From Pseudomonadota bacterium (GTDB lineage Bacteria; Myxococcota; JACRCW01; JAFGSX01): a stretch of 64,000 bases of DNA. Both the position numbers and the translations under genes were made by a program. This document shows positions 8,960 to 19,387 of the stretch, one piece after another (position 1 is the first letter of the stretch; each line of letters opens with the position of its first letter). The notes under the pieces were generated by a model, which searched no databases, was not told the DNA's origin, and saw only the letters and a list, made by a program, of their open reading frames with translations. The DNA lies in assembly GCA_043821645.1 (NCBI GenBank), contig JBDRCO010000068.1, positions 291,802 to 355,801 of the forward strand. The letters run 5' to 3'.

Positions 8960-11900
8960 TCAGGGCAGCCGATAGCGCAGCGAGACCTCGGCGTAGTCGA
9001 GCGCGACCTCGCTGTCGCGCGTGCCTGCCGGCGCGGCCGGGACCAGCGCCAGGATCAGCGTCGAGCGGGCGGCCAGGCGTCCGAGCAGCGCGCTGTCTGC
9101 CGTCGACCACGCGATTAGCGAGGGTGCGGACACGCCGTCCCCGTTGGCGCCGACCGGGAGCCACTCGCCCTGGTCCCAGAACAGCAGCTCGCTCCCCGTG
9201 GCGGGGATCCCACCCGGCGCGCCGGAGCCTCCGCCGTACACCGTGGCACTCATCGTGCCCAGGTTGGCGCCGTCCACCACGCCCAGGGGCACCCGCAGGA
9301 GCAACGCAGGACGCGTCTCGGCGCCACCGTCCCAGTCCCACGCATCCGCCTGCGCGACCCCGCCGCTGCTGCCGCCGATGAACACGCCCCGCCCCCGTTG
9401 CGTGTCGAAGGCCATGGCGTGGTTGAGGCGCGCCATGGGTCTCGCGTAGACCGGTATGCGCTCGCTCCAGGTGCCCGCAGTGCCGTCCCACTCCCAGGTG
9501 TCCTGCCATGGGCTGCCGAAACTGCCGACCCCGTAGGCGAGCAAGAGGCGCTGGCGCAGCGGGTCGTAGACCAAGCTTGCGCCGCTGCGACCCGGTGGCG
9601 AGCTGGGTGGGCTGAGCTGGGTCCAGGTGCCGTTGCCGCTGTTCCATTCCCAGGTCTGCGGCACCCAGATGGACGCCGTGTCCGGTCCACCCCCGAACAG
9701 CAACACCCGGTCCCGGGCCGGGTCGTAGGCCATGACATGTCCCAGACGCGCTGTCGGGATCGAGGGCGACAGGGGCGGACGCTCGGTCCACTGACCGGCG
9801 GCGCCGTCCCACTCCCAGGTGTCCTGCAGCGTACCGGTGCCAGCCGAGCCTCCGAAGACCACGACGCGCGGGGGCGAGGGCTGGTAGGCCGCTGCGTGCC
9901 GGAAGCGCACTGCGGGAATGGGGCCGGACGAAGGTGTGCGCTCTGTCCAGGTTCCCGTGACCGTGTCCCATTCCCAGCAATCCTGCAGCCTGGTGGAGCC
10001 CGTGCTGCCACCAAAGAGCAGGGGTCGTGCCCGCGAGGCGTCCCAGACCAGCGAGGCGTACGAGCGCGCTGGCGGGTTGGGCCCCGAGGACGGTGTGCGG
10101 TCACGCCAGCGCCCCGAGGTGCTGTCCAGCTCCCAGGTGTCCTGCAGATTCGAGCCATCGGAGCCGCCGAACAGCACTAGCACCCCGTGGACAGGGTCGT
10201 AGGTCACCGCATGCCCCTGGCGGGCGGGTGGCGGTGTGGTGGGGGTGAGCTCGAGCCAGGGGGAGCTGCCGCCCGCGTGCACCCAGGTCTCGGCGTTCCA
10301 GGAGCCCGGGCTCCGTCCCCCGCCGAAGGTCAGCACGTGCTCGCGCACCGGGTCGTAGGTCATGCCCGGCCCGTAGCGCGTGCCGGGGCTCTGGGCCGGC
10401 GTCAGGTCGGTCCAGACGCCGCTGTCCGGGTCGAATTCCCTGAGGTCCTGCAGCTGGCCGCTGAACATCGCGGTCGTGCCTGCGAACACGACCAGCCGGT
10501 CGCGCGCGGCGTCGTAGACCTGGCCATGGCCGTAGCGAGCGGACGGCAGGTCGCCCGTCGCCGAGATCGGGGTCCAGCTCCGCGTGACAGGCGACCACGC
10601 CCACAGGTCATCTCTGGGCAGCGCGCCGGACAGTCCACCGAACAGCAGCAGGGTCTGGCGCGCCCTGTCCCAGGTCAGGCCGGCCCACACGCGCGCCGCG
10701 GGTCCGACTCCTGGCGGTGGTGTGAGGTCGGTCCAGGTGCCGGTGGCGCCATCCCACTCCCACCAGGTGTCCGCCACCGGAGAGCCCGAGTTGTAGCCCG
10801 AGCCACCGAACATCATCACCGTGCCCGTGGCAGGGACCCAGGCCATGGCTGCACCCTGGCGCAGCGAGGGGCCGGGCACGGCCGGGGTGCGGTCCTGCCA
10901 CAGGCCAGTGGCGCCGTCCCATTCCCAGGTATCCTGGCGGCACGCCATGCCAGCGCAGCCACCAAACAGCACCACCCGGCCCCGGGACGCGTCGTAGGCC
11001 ATGGCAGGCGCCGAGCGCGCCGACGGTGCCAGGCTGGTCGCGGAGCGCTGACTCCAGGCAGCGGTGGCAGAGTCGAACTCCCAGACGTCTTGCAGGACGC
11101 CGGCCGAGCCCGAACCACCGAAAAGCACCGCCTTGCCGCGGGCGCTGTCGTAGACCAGGGGGGCCCACATGCGAGCGCTGGGACTCATCGTGCCGGGGCG
11201 CTGCGACCAGCCCGCCATGGCCTGGCCAGGCAGGGTCTCGCCGTCAACTGAGGTCACGTCGGGCAGCTGGGCTTGTTCCGGCTCGGTCTCGGCGCCCTGT
11301 TCCTGGGTCAGGGTGGGGGTGAAGTGAGCGCTCTGGGTGAGGACGAGCGGGTTCTCCGCTGTACTCCGCGCAACCTTGAAACCCAGGGTGGCGGTCCAGG
11401 TGGCGTCGCGGACCCGCACCAGCGGGCTGCGGTTGCAGGCCGCGTCGTAGCTCGCCAGGTAGACCTCGGAGCGGTCCGCGCGGACCAGCTCGATGTGCGC
11501 GAAGGTGCTGCTTGCTGCCACGGCGCGACCTATCTCGGCGGCCGTCAGCGGGTCGTCCCCGTCGTAGACCAGGACCCAGCGGGTGTCGGCGTCGACGGCA
11601 CCGCTGGCGGCGCGGATGCCGAAGGCCCTGGGCTCGGCCATGCCGTCGCGATCCGCGTCAACGCCCCAGGGCACACGCTCGTAGACCACCGCGTCCGGCG
11701 TCGATACCGCGGGTGCCGCGGGGGGGCTGGTGTCGACCACCACGCCGGGCGCGTTCAGGGCAAGGCTGAGGTCCTGCGTGTTGCCGGCGATGTCGCCGAG
11801 TGTGACCACGACCTCGGCGATTCCCTCGGGCAGGACGCCCGGCGTCAGTGTGACCTGGTAGGTGTACGAGGCTCCCGCGCTCTGGCTCAGGTCCATGGCC

Positions 11901-14683
11901 AGCTGCGCGACGCCACTGGCCAGGCGAACGTCCTCGGGAAGGCCGCCGGCGAGCTCCTCGCTGACCACGAAGGTGACCGCGATCTCGGCGTCAGGGCCCG
12001 CGGCCACGACCCCCCGCGGGTCGAGTGGGCAGCTCTGGCCCCGGATCGCAACAGAGGCCTGGCCCATCGCTGTCGGCGGCGTGAAGTCGAGCTGCAGGCT
12101 GGTGCTGGCCCGGCCCTCGTTGCCGGCCGCGTCCGCCGCCCACACGCTGACGATGCCCAGGCCCTCGGGCTCGAGGCCCGTCACTGACAAGTGGCAGGTG
12201 TAGCTCGGCGAGCCAGGCTGGTAACCGTCACAGTCGAGCGCTGCGTCCCCCAGCCTGACGTCGAGCGTGCCATTGTCCACGCTCTCGCTCACGTCGAAGC
12301 GCACCTCGATCACGTTGTGACCGCTCTGCGCACTGTAGACGGCAGCATCGGTCGCCAGGTTGCTGATCTGGGGCACCTGGGCGTCGAGGTCGAAGCTGCC
12401 AAGGTTCACGCTCCCGGAGCGATTGCCCACCGGGTCGACCAGCTCGGTGCTCAGCGCGTAGGTGCCGTCGATGTCGCTGGCGGTCACGACGTGCTCGAAG
12501 CTGTACTGGCTGCCCGCCAGGTGCCTGAAGGTCGGGCTGGCCGGGCCGCCCACCGCGAGGATCGGTGTGACTTCCAGCACCTCGCTGGTGCTCAGGCTCA
12601 GCACCACCGCATCGCCCAGCTGCGCCAGAGCCGGCCGCAGCTGTGTCGACACCACCGTGGGCGCGCTGAAGTCGAGCTGCACGCCGGCGCTCACCGTGGT
12701 CTCGTTGCCAGCCCCGTCCACGCCCCGCACCGCGATGATGTTGAGCCCCTCGGGTTCGCTGCCGGTGACCGTGTAGGTGCACGTGTAGTTGGGTGCGTTG
12801 TTCTGGTAAGCGCCGCACGTAAAACTCTGTCCTGCCATGCGCACCTGCAGCGTGCTCAGGGGCCTGTCCGGCTGCCCGTCCAGGGGATCGTGACCGTCGA
12901 AGCGCAGCGTGATGGTGTCGTGGCCTGTCTGCGCGCTGTACACCACCGCGTCAGTCGTCGGCGTGCCCAACACAGGCGGCACGTTGTCCACGTCAAACAG
13001 AGCCAGGCCTGTGCTGGTATCCACGACCGTCACGTTGCCCGCGAGGTCTATCAGGGTCACCTGGTTGACCCGGTACAGCCCCGCGGACACCGAGCCTGTC
13101 ACTTCCAGAGCCCACAGGTGACCGAGTCCCGACGGAGCCAGGTAGCTGAAACCCGGATCTCCACGCGGTTGCTCCCACGCCAGCTCGGGGATGGCCGCCA
13201 GCGGTTCGCTCGCCGTCACCGACAGCACCGCGGTGATACCTAGCCGCGCCGCCGGCGGCGTGAACACCACATCGACCAGCACAGGAGGTACCGCATCCAC
13301 GTCGACCGCACCCGGCTGCAACAGCGCCTCGTTACCCACGGGATCGCGAAGTCTCACCTGCACGCTCTGCACGCCCACCAGTCCGGTCCCTGCCAGCTGC
13401 AGCTGGAAGGCGTAGGGAGTCGTGGCCGTGCCCACACGCGCCATGGACCGCCCGCCCAGGGTGACGACGGGAACTGCAGCCAGTGCTTCGCTGGTTGCGA
13501 AGCTCACCGTCACCGTGTCTGCAGCCAGGGCAGCCGTGTGGCTCTGCTGGTAGCCGACGAGGGCAGGCGGCGTGCTGTCGTACTCGACCGAACCCACCAC
13601 AATGGCCGACGTCGCATTGCCTGCCAGGTCCACCAGGTCGCGCAGGGTCAGCGCGTAGTGCCCGTCCGTGCCCGAGGCCACAACGTGCTCGAAGCGCAGC
13701 CGGCTCCTGGTGCTGCTCACCTCGTCGTAGTTGTGAGCCATCGTGCCGCTCGCCGCGCTCTCGGCCTGCAACGCGCCCCAGCTCACCAGCTCCTCGCCCA
13801 GCTCCACCTCCACCAGCACCCGCTGGCCCGCGGCGGCCAGCGGGGGCACCACCCGCGTCGAGGTCACGACCGGCGGCGTGAAGTCCAGCACCAGCTTGCC
13901 CAGCTGCGGCTCGTCGAGCACATTGCCCGCCGCGTCGGCGCCGGTCGCGGCCACCAGGTACGCACCCTCGGGCTCCTGCCCCGTCGGGGAATAGCTGTAG
14001 TTGTGACCCAGGGTGCCGCTTGCCGCGAGGTGCGCGAAGCTGCGGCTCACCCCGTCGTCGCCAACAAGAGTCACGCGCGGCGGATCCGGCAAGGATTCGC
14101 TCAGCTCCAGGCTCAGATGCACCACCCCGCCAGAACGCGCGATGACCGGATCCAGGTCCACAGCCAGAATGCGCGGCCTCGTGAAGTCCAGCACCAGGCT
14201 GCCCGCGCTCAGATTGGCCACGGCATTGCCCGACATGTCCACCAGGTCCACCGTCACCAGGCGCGTGCCCTCGAGCTCGCTGCCGCTCGCGGTGTAGGTG
14301 AAGCCGTAGGTCAAGCCCTCGCGATCGGTCGTGCCCTCGTCGAGAACCCAGCTCGCCGCGCGACCGCCACCGATGTCCAGCTCCACCACCGGTTCCTGAC
14401 CCAGGGCCTCACTCACCTCAAAGCTCAGCGCGAAGCCCTGTCCCACGCTGCCGATCTCCGGCGTCAGCACCGGCACGCCCTCGAGCGCCGGCGCCACCCC
14501 GTCGCGCTGGGCGATGGGCACGCAGCGACCCAGGGTCGGGTTGCAGATCCAGTCCGGCGGACAGTCCGTGTCGGCGCCACAGGCGATCTGTGGCACATGG
14601 TCCCCGTCGACCGGGACCGCGGAATCGAAGCTGCATGCGCTGGTGAGCAGGACAGGGGCGAGGATCAGGAGGTGACGTCGCAC
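8960..14683 (-). CDS. giant surface lipoprotein: Cys-rich N-terminus, tandem Ig-like stalk repeats, 12 Kelch-like repeats, C-terminal beta domain
   Basis: AAGGAG RBS plus GTG 14683; lipobox LTSAC; repeated 'D.AGN...D(F)T.P' Ig units; 12 'P.AR...MAYD..R..VLFGG...QDTWEWDG..W' repeats. Confidence 0.85.
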   Translation of the reverse strand: MRRHLLILAPVLLTSACSFDSAVPVDGDHVPQIACGADTDCPPDWICNPTLGRCVPIAQRDGVAPALEGVPVLTPEIGSVGQGFALSFEVSEALGQEPVVELDIGGGRAASWVLDEGTTDREGLTYGFTYTASGSELEGTRLVTVDLVDMSGNAVANLSAGSLVLDFTRPRILAVDLDPVIARSGGVVHLSLELSESLPDPPRVTLVGDDGVSRSFAHLAASGTLGHNYSYSPTGQEPEGAYLVAATGADAAGNVLDEPQLGKLVLDFTPPVVTSTRVVPPLAAAGQRVLVEVELGEELVSWGALQAESAASGTMAHNYDEVSSTRSRLRFEHVVASGTDGHYALTLRDLVDLAGNATSAIVVGSVEYDSTPPALVGYQQSHTAALAADTVTVSFATSEALAAVPVVTLGGRSMARVGTATTPYAFQLQLAGTGLVGVQSVQVRLRDPVGNEALLQPGAVDVDAVPPVLVDVVFTPPAARLGITAVLSVTASEPLAAIPELAWEQPRGDPGFSYLAPSGLGHLWALEVTGSVSAGLYRVNQVTLIDLAGNVTVVDTSTGLALFDVDNVPPVLGTPTTDAVVYSAQTGHDTITLRFDGHDPLDGQPDRPLSTLQVRMAGQSFTCGAYQNNAPNYTCTYTVTGSEPEGLNIIAVRGVDGAGNETTVSAGVQLDFSAPTVVSTQLRPALAQLGDAVVLSLSTSEVLEVTPILAVGGPASPTFRHLAGSQYSFEHVVTASDIDGTYALSTELVDPVGNRSGSVNLGSFDLDAQVPQISNLATDAAVYSAQSGHNVIEVRFDVSESVDNGTLDVRLGDAALDCDGYQPGSPSYTCHLSVTGLEPEGLGIVSVWAADAAGNEGRASTSLQLDFTPPTAMGQASVAIRGQSCPLDPRGVVAAGPDAEIAVTFVVSEELAGGLPEDVRLASGVAQLAMDLSQSAGASYTYQVTLTPGVLPEGIAEVVVTLGDIAGNTQDLSLALNAPGVVVDTSPPAAPAVSTPDAVVYERVPWGVDADRDGMAEPRAFGIRAASGAVDADTRWVLVYDGDDPLTAAEIGRAVAASSTFAHIELVRADRSEVYLASYDAACNRSPLVRVRDATWTATLGFKVARSTAENPLVLTQSAHFTPTLTQEQGAETEPEQAQLPDVTSVDGETLPGQAMAGWSQRPGTMSPSARMWAPLVYDSARGKAVLFGGSGSAGVLQDVWEFDSATAAWSQRSATSLAPSARSAPAMAYDASRGRVVLFGGCAGMACRQDTWEWDGATGLWQDRTPAVPGPSLRQGAAMAWVPATGTVMMFGGSGYNSGSPVADTWWEWDGATGTWTDLTPPPGVGPAARVWAGLTWDRARQTLLLFGGLSGALPRDDLWAWSPVTRSWTPISATGDLPSARYGHGQVYDAARDRLVVFAGTTAMFSGQLQDLREFDPDSGVWTDLTPAQSPGTRYGPGMTYDPVREHVLTFGGGRSPGSWNAETWVHAGGSSPWLELTPTTPPPARQGHAVTYDPVHGVLVLFGGSDGSNLQDTWELDSTSGRWRDRTPSSGPNPPARSYASLVWDASRARPLLFGGSTGSTRLQDCWEWDTVTGTWTERTPSSGPIPAVRFRHAAAYQPSPPRVVVFGGSAGTGTLQDTWEWDGAAGQWTERPPLSPSIPTARLGHVMAYDPARDRVLLFGGGPDTASIWVPQTWEWNSGNGTWTQLSPPSSPPGRSGASLVYDPLRQRLLLAYGVGSFGSPWQDTWEWDGTAGTWSERIPVYARPMARLNHAMAFDTQRGRGVFIGGSSGGVAQADAWDWDGGAETRPALLLRVPLGVVDGANLGTMSATVYGGGSGAPGGIPATGSELLFWDQGEWLPVGANGDGVSAPSLIAWSTADSALLGRLAARSTLILALVPAAPAGTRDSEVALDYAEVSLRYRLP

Positions 14684-14878
14684 GCCGGGCTCCTTGGCAA
14701 GGGACGAGGAGACGAATGAAACCAATCTACCATGAAATCGGTTCGTTCCGGGCTGACGCCCGGGATGCACCCACGATTCGGAGCAACGTTTCGCAGCGAC
14801 CAGCAGACCTCTCAAACGCACGCCGCAGGCTTGAGATCAGGCCGAGGGCTATCTCGATTGCCCCTGGAGGTTGGCGCC

Positions 14879-15322
14879 ATGACAGCCTGGAACGGTCTCG
14901 CAGGCGGCGTGTGCTGGACCTGCTTTCATGGTTCGCTCGACGCCAAGGGCTGGCAGAGTGACGTCGATCATCTGGCGAGCCTGGTCGACACGGGGCTCGA
15001 GCACATCGCCATCCTCATGGTGGTCAGCCAGAGCGAATCCCCCACGGCCCCGCAACGCAAGCAGATCGCAGACTTCATGCAACGCAACGCCGAGGCCCTG
15101 CGCAAGGTGAAGGCCAACGCCATGGTGATGGACTCGGCCATGGCCCGCGGCGCCCTCACGGCGCTCAGTTGGTTGTTCAAGAAGCCCTTCGAGGAAAAAG
15201 TGTTCTCGACCTTCGATGCGGCCCTGGACTGGTTGGTCCAGAAGGACGCAGGTGTGGTTCCTGCGGCCCTGCGCGCAGACCTGAGCCTGCGTGTGCCGGC
15301 GGATCAGCTGGTGCTGCCATAG
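14879..15322 (+). CDS. small STAS/SEC14-like alpha/beta protein
   Basis: GGAGG RBS; 'PTAPQRKQIAD...ARGALTALSWL...KVFSTFDAALDWL' pattern common in myxobacterial proteins. Confidence 0.65.
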   Translation: MTAWNGLAGGVCWTCFHGSLDAKGWQSDVDHLASLVDTGLEHIAILMVVSQSESPTAPQRKQIADFMQRNAEALRKVKANAMVMDSAMARGALTALSWLFKKPFEEKVFSTFDAALDWLVQKDAGVVPAALRADLSLRVPADQLVLP

Positions 15323-15383
15323 TGAGACAGTGCTGCTCTGGTGGTCGCGGGGGGAACTGGGCAATGCCCTGCGCGCGCACCCG

Positions 15384-15704
15384 TCAGGTCTCCGCATCAA
15401 ACCAGGTCAGGCACTCGGCGGACAGGGTCGTGGCGACGTAGAAACCACCCCCGGGCTTCGCGCCCAGATGCTCCACACGGATGTCCCGCTGGTCACCGAC
15501 CCTGCTCTCCTCGTGCTTCGCCAGGACGAAGGAGATCCCGTCGACACCATGGTGGACATCGCCGTCACGTGGCTCGTCCAGAGCCAGCCCCAGCAGGGGG
15601 CCACCTCAACCGAAACCGGTGATGGAGATGCGTACGACCTTGGCTGGATTCGCCTCCAGCAGCCTTTGCAACTCGGTGCGAGCCTCTGGCGTCACGACCA
15701 GCAT
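15384..15704 (-). CDS. HesB/IscA-like selenoprotein (Sec at codon 33); not in the ORF track
   Basis: Hand translation MLVVTPEARTELQRLLEANPAKVVRISITGFG-UGA-GGPLLGLALDEPRDGD...GGGFYV..., 106 aa; GFG-U-GGP-LGLALDE is the HesB-like selenoprotein signature. Confidence 0.85.
15570..15586 (-). promoter_or_regulatory. putative bacterial SECIS hairpin
   Basis: UGGCUC-UGGAC-GAGCCA stem-loop starting 19 nt after the in-frame UGA at 15606-15608, with G in the apical loop. Confidence 0.65.
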
Positions 15705-15897
15705 CTACCATCCCTGGAGGCGCGCGGAATAACGCCTCGGGTCTCTCCATTGTAGACACACAACGCTGTTGCAGTGCGCCTGCTTTCTGTGCCCAGCCGC
15801 TTCGGTCTCCAGCGGACCGGATTTCGCAATGCGCTCGTCGCTCGTCGACAGGACCAGACCGGAGCGTCGGTCGGCCTCTCACTGTCCCACCTGAGCG

Positions 15898-17097
15898 CTA
15901 CGCCCGCGCGTCCACCCATCCCTTGCCATGATTGTCCGCGGGATCGAGTTCGGTCAGCTGCCGCCGCTCGCTGTCCGTGAAACCGTAGCCGGTGATGAAG
16001 GTGTTGATGTCGTCCTGGCGGGTGCTGGGGCATCCCATCATCTCGTCGCGGATCTTCTTCTCGGCCAGGTAGTCCACTGCGCCGGGGTGTATCCCCATGG
16101 CCAGCACGCCAGGCTGGTGGGTGATGCCGCCCCCGGCCGGCCCCTGCTTCATCGCCCAGAGCGAATCGAGAATGCACAGCTGCTGGCGTGGTGGGTTCCC
16201 ACCCACCAGGGCCTCGCATTGATTGATGGCGACCAGGTCCTGGGCCGAGCCCTCGGTGTAGACGCCCTGCCCCACCGCAACAGTCTTGCCAGGGCAGAAG
16301 AACTTGACGGCGCCGATGTTGTTCTTCTGGCACAGGGTGACGTTGCCGGCCTGGTAGTGACCCTTGTTGACGGCGACGTTCACGAGGATGTCGACCGTGC
16401 CGTCCACCAGATCTTTCAAGCAGGTCACAGGGCTGATGGCGCCACCGGCGACCTCGACGGAGGATACGTCGCCCGAGAACAGGTTGGCGTTGATCAGCAC
16501 GCCGGCCGGAAAGGGATAGCTCGCCGTGTTGGCGGCGTAGGTTGCGGCCACGCCAGCGGCGTGCCCTGCGTGGGCCGTCTTGTCGCAATCGTAGATGCAG
16601 ATATTGTGGCCAGCCATGCCGAGCTCGTCGATCAGGACCGTGCAGATCTTGGCCAGCACGGCGTGGCGGGGGATGCACGAGGCGTAGACGGTGTTGACCT
16701 TGATGCCGGCTTTCACCTCGGACCAGTTCTTGGTGTCTGGCTTGAGGAAGATCGCTCTCCAGGCCTCCTGCGAGGTGCTTTGGCCAGAGAGCGCCATCGC
16801 CATCCTGTCGAGGCTCTCACCGACCTGGACGGCGTCGACGTAACGGTTCTGGCTGTCATAGTCCCAGGTGCTTGGCGTGCCGGTGAGCATCCCGGGGTCG
16901 CTGCTGTAGACGACCCGCAGAGCGGGGATACCGGTCGGAGAGAACGGCGTGCTACCGGGCGGTGTGCCCGTGTCCTGGCTGCCCTGCCCGAGGGGGTCCG
17001 CGCAGCCCACCAGGTTACCCTTGAACACGAGCGCGGCCGCGCCCGCCGCGGACAGCTGGATGAAGCCTCTGCGTCCGAACCGCATGTCGTCTCTCAT
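15898..17097 (-). CDS. Tat-exported DUF362-like (lipo)protein
   Basis: GRRGFI twin-arginine signal followed by LVGC; 'GIKVN', 'NVAVNKGH..GNVTLCQKNNIG' and 'PGAVDY' DUF362-like motifs. Confidence 0.7.
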   Translation of the reverse strand: MRDDMRFGRRGFIQLSAAGAAALVFKGNLVGCADPLGQGSQDTGTPPGSTPFSPTGIPALRVVYSSDPGMLTGTPSTWDYDSQNRYVDAVQVGESLDRMAMALSGQSTSQEAWRAIFLKPDTKNWSEVKAGIKVNTVYASCIPRHAVLAKICTVLIDELGMAGHNICIYDCDKTAHAGHAAGVAATYAANTASYPFPAGVLINANLFSGDVSSVEVAGGAISPVTCLKDLVDGTVDILVNVAVNKGHYQAGNVTLCQKNNIGAVKFFCPGKTVAVGQGVYTEGSAQDLVAINQCEALVGGNPPRQQLCILDSLWAMKQGPAGGGITHQPGVLAMGIHPGAVDYLAEKKIRDEMMGCPSTRQDDINTFITGYGFTDSERRQLTELDPADNHGKGWVDARA

Positions 17098-17134
17098 GCC
17101 CTGCTCTCCTTCGACACGGGAGCTCGCCCCGGAG

Positions 17135-17701
17135 CTACAGCGACACCAGTTCGTGGTAGTGGCCAAGAAAGATCTCGGCGTCGTCGACGATTGTTGCTTC
17201 CACGTCGACCTCGCTCGCCGCGTAGTTGGTCAGCGTCAAGGCGAAGTAGAAGCGGTCCCAGTGGGCGTAGACCATTGCGCCGCCGAGGACACGGCCCGCG
17301 ACAGCGGTGGTCGTCGGGTAGGAGCGCAGACCGATGGTCTCGCCGAGCATGTCGAGCTGGAACTCGAACATCAACCGGGCGCCGCTCGCGGCGTCGAATT
17401 TCTCGACATACACCTCGAGCTCACGCGTGGCGTCGCTGTGCAGGGCCTGGGTGAATCCGTCGACCAGGCCCTTGTCCACGTGGGGCTGAGCGCCACCGTC
17501 GATCAGCTCACTCAGGTTGGACGCATCGAACTCGGAATAGGAGCCCTCGGTCTCGTGCCAGCCCTCGATCTGATCGACAACCCTGAACGTGCGCACATCC
17601 ATGGTCTCGACGGTCGGCTCGCCCTGGTTACTGGGGCAGGCCGCCACCAGCGGGCCAAGCAGCATCGCGACAGCGCAAAGTCGCAAGGAGATCGCGGTCA
17701 T
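17135..17701 (-). CDS. lipoprotein, DUF6599-like
   Basis: Lipobox LVAAC; 'GW...F...NLSELIDGGA' motif. Confidence 0.6.
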   Translation of the reverse strand: MTAISLRLCAVAMLLGPLVAACPSNQGEPTVETMDVRTFRVVDQIEGWHETEGSYSEFDASNLSELIDGGAQPHVDKGLVDGFTQALHSDATRELEVYVEKFDAASGARLMFEFQLDMLGETIGLRSYPTTTAVAGRVLGGAMVYAHWDRFYFALTLTNYAASEVDVEATIVDDAEIFLGHYHELVSL

Positions 17702-17783
17702 GACGTTCACTCCTGGGCCAGTACCACGAGTTCGGATCGACTCGGACGCCGCGCAGCCTCCAGGGCTCGGCGCAGCCCGCGTC

Positions 17784-18317
17784 TCACGGCGGTGTTTCCT
17801 GACCGCTCGTGTCAGGCAGAGGCGGCGGAGATGCTTGTGCTGGCCCCGCCCCCGGAGGGCCTGGCGGCGGAGGGCGAAAGCCTTGTGGTCCTGGCCCCGG
17901 AGGGTGCCCGCCGGGTGGCGGCCCGAGAGGAGGTCCCGCCGGTGGTCCGGGGTGGCGCTCGAGCATCTCGCGGTACTTTGCAGCCTGCTCGGGATCGAGC
18001 AGCGCGATGATCCTCTCCTCCATGCCCTTGCGCGTGGCGTCGAGCTCTGGCCGGGCCCGCCCCAAAATCTGTTCGGCCTGGACACGCCCCTGTTGCAGGA
18101 TCTCCTGGATGGCCTGCTGCTGGCTGGCCTTGAGGTCGAGCTCGCCGGAGAAGCGTTCGAGCAGGTGCTCCAGCGGAGGTCCTGGCGGGGGTGGACGGTG
18201 GCCTCCCCGCGAGCCCTCGAGCAACCGGTCGGCAACCAGGCCGACAGCGATGCCGGCCACGAACACCGCGACCATGCTGAGCACGGCCAAAAAACGCACA
18301 TTTCGATCGCTGATCAT
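17784..18317 (-). CDS. Spy/CpxP/heavy-metal-sensor-like periplasmic helical protein with Pro-rich tail
   Basis: N-terminal TM, 'ELDLKASQQQAIQEIL' and 'LLDPEQAAKY' LTxxQ-like motifs; start overlaps the anti-sigma stop. Confidence 0.75.
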   Translation of the reverse strand: MISDRNVRFLAVLSMVAVFVAGIAVGLVADRLLEGSRGGHRPPPPGPPLEHLLERFSGELDLKASQQQAIQEILQQGRVQAEQILGRARPELDATRKGMEERIIALLDPEQAAKYREMLERHPGPPAGPPLGPPPGGHPPGPGPQGFRPPPPGPPGAGPAQASPPPLPDTSGQETPP

Positions 18318-18778
18318 CCCGCACCTCTCGGGGTAGCAGCCTCGATGTCCATCCCCAGCACCTGCTGCAACATCCCCGAGACCTGCTCCGTCGACGAGGT
18401 GCCCAGGGCGCGGTCGAACAGATCGGCGTCCGAGAACTGCAGCGCTGGCGTCGTCGACAACGACCACAACACCAGGACCGCGGCGGCCAGCGTCGTGGTC
18501 AGCGCTGCTGGCCAGGCCACGGGAAACAGCGACTCGAGAAACGATGGAGCGATCGGGGCGGCGCTCATGGCAGCACGAAAGGCCCGCTCCGCGGCTCCCT
18601 CGGGGACCTGGGTCGAGAAATCCCGCCCGAGGACCCCGGACAGGTGTTGCAGCGAGCGACGCTCGGCCAGGCAGTCTGCACACGCGGCGAGGTGCTGCTC
18701 GAGCTGGGTGCGTCGCGCCTGGTCGAGCTCGCCGTCATGCAAGGCGGACAGCAGCTTCCTGGACTCGGTGCAGTTCAT
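18314..18778 (-). CDS. zinc-finger (zf-HC2) anti-sigma factor
   Basis: MNC...LSA.HDGEL...HLAACADC motif and a TM segment. Confidence 0.9.
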   Translation of the reverse strand: MNCTESRKLLSALHDGELDQARRTQLEQHLAACADCLAERRSLQHLSGVLGRDFSTQVPEGAAERAFRAAMSAAPIAPSFLESLFPVAWPAALTTTLAAAVLVLWSLSTTPALQFSDADLFDRALGTSSTEQVSGMLQQVLGMDIEAATPRGAG

Positions 18779-19377
18779 CCCAGCCTCCTGGACTCACGCC
18801 GTTCGGCACGCTCGATGGACTTCTTCACCTGGCCGCGCGCCCGGTGGATCCGCGATTCCACGGTGCCCCGGGGCACGCCCAGCACCGTGGCGATTTCTTC
18901 ATAGCTCAGGCCGTCCACGTCTCTGAGCAGCAGCGCCGTGCGGTACGTGCTCGCCAGTCCTTGCACAGCCTGGTGCACGCGCGCGCGCTCCTCCTTGCCA
19001 CGCAACGCATTCTCCGGGCCGGGCTCGGTGCTGCGCAGCCGCTCCAGCAAGCTTGGTGCGTCGCCGACGCCCGGGCGGTCGAGCACGGCGATCTCGCGGC
19101 GCGAGGAGCGGCGCATGTGATCGGTCGCGACGTTGCGGGTGATGCGGCAGATCCAGCCCAGGCTGGCCCCGGGCTCCTTGAGCTGCGCCATGCTTTGCCA
19201 GGCCCGCGTGAAGGTTTCCTGTGCCACGTCGTCGGCCTCCTGCGCATCGCCCAGCATTCGCAGCGCGACCCGGTACACCGTCGGGTGGGTCGCCTCCAGC
19301 CAGCCGCGGAACGCGGACGCGTCTCCCGCGCGCGCACAGCGAGCCAGCTCGGCCAGTTCTGATGCGCCGCGGTCCAT
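18775..19377 (-). CDS. ECF RNA polymerase sigma factor
   Basis: Region 2 (EADDVAQETFTRAW, WICRITRN) and region 4 (GLSYEEIA..LGVPRGTVESRIHRAR); start set just after the ECF promoter. Confidence 0.93.
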   Translation of the reverse strand: MDRGASELAELARCARAGDASAFRGWLEATHPTVYRVALRMLGDAQEADDVAQETFTRAWQSMAQLKEPGASLGWICRITRNVATDHMRRSSRREIAVLDRPGVGDAPSLLERLRSTEPGPENALRGKEERARVHQAVQGLASTYRTALLLRDVDGLSYEEIATVLGVPRGTVESRIHRARGQVKKSIERAERRESRRLG

Positions 19378-19387
19378 TCGCACCTGC

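Noticed and set aside
9300-11200. Regularly spaced CCCACTCCCAGGTGTC-like repeats, also at 27300-29050, that could look like a CRISPR array
   Set aside because: They are degenerate, in-frame DTWEWDG codons of Kelch repeats about 150 bp apart, and no cas genes are present.
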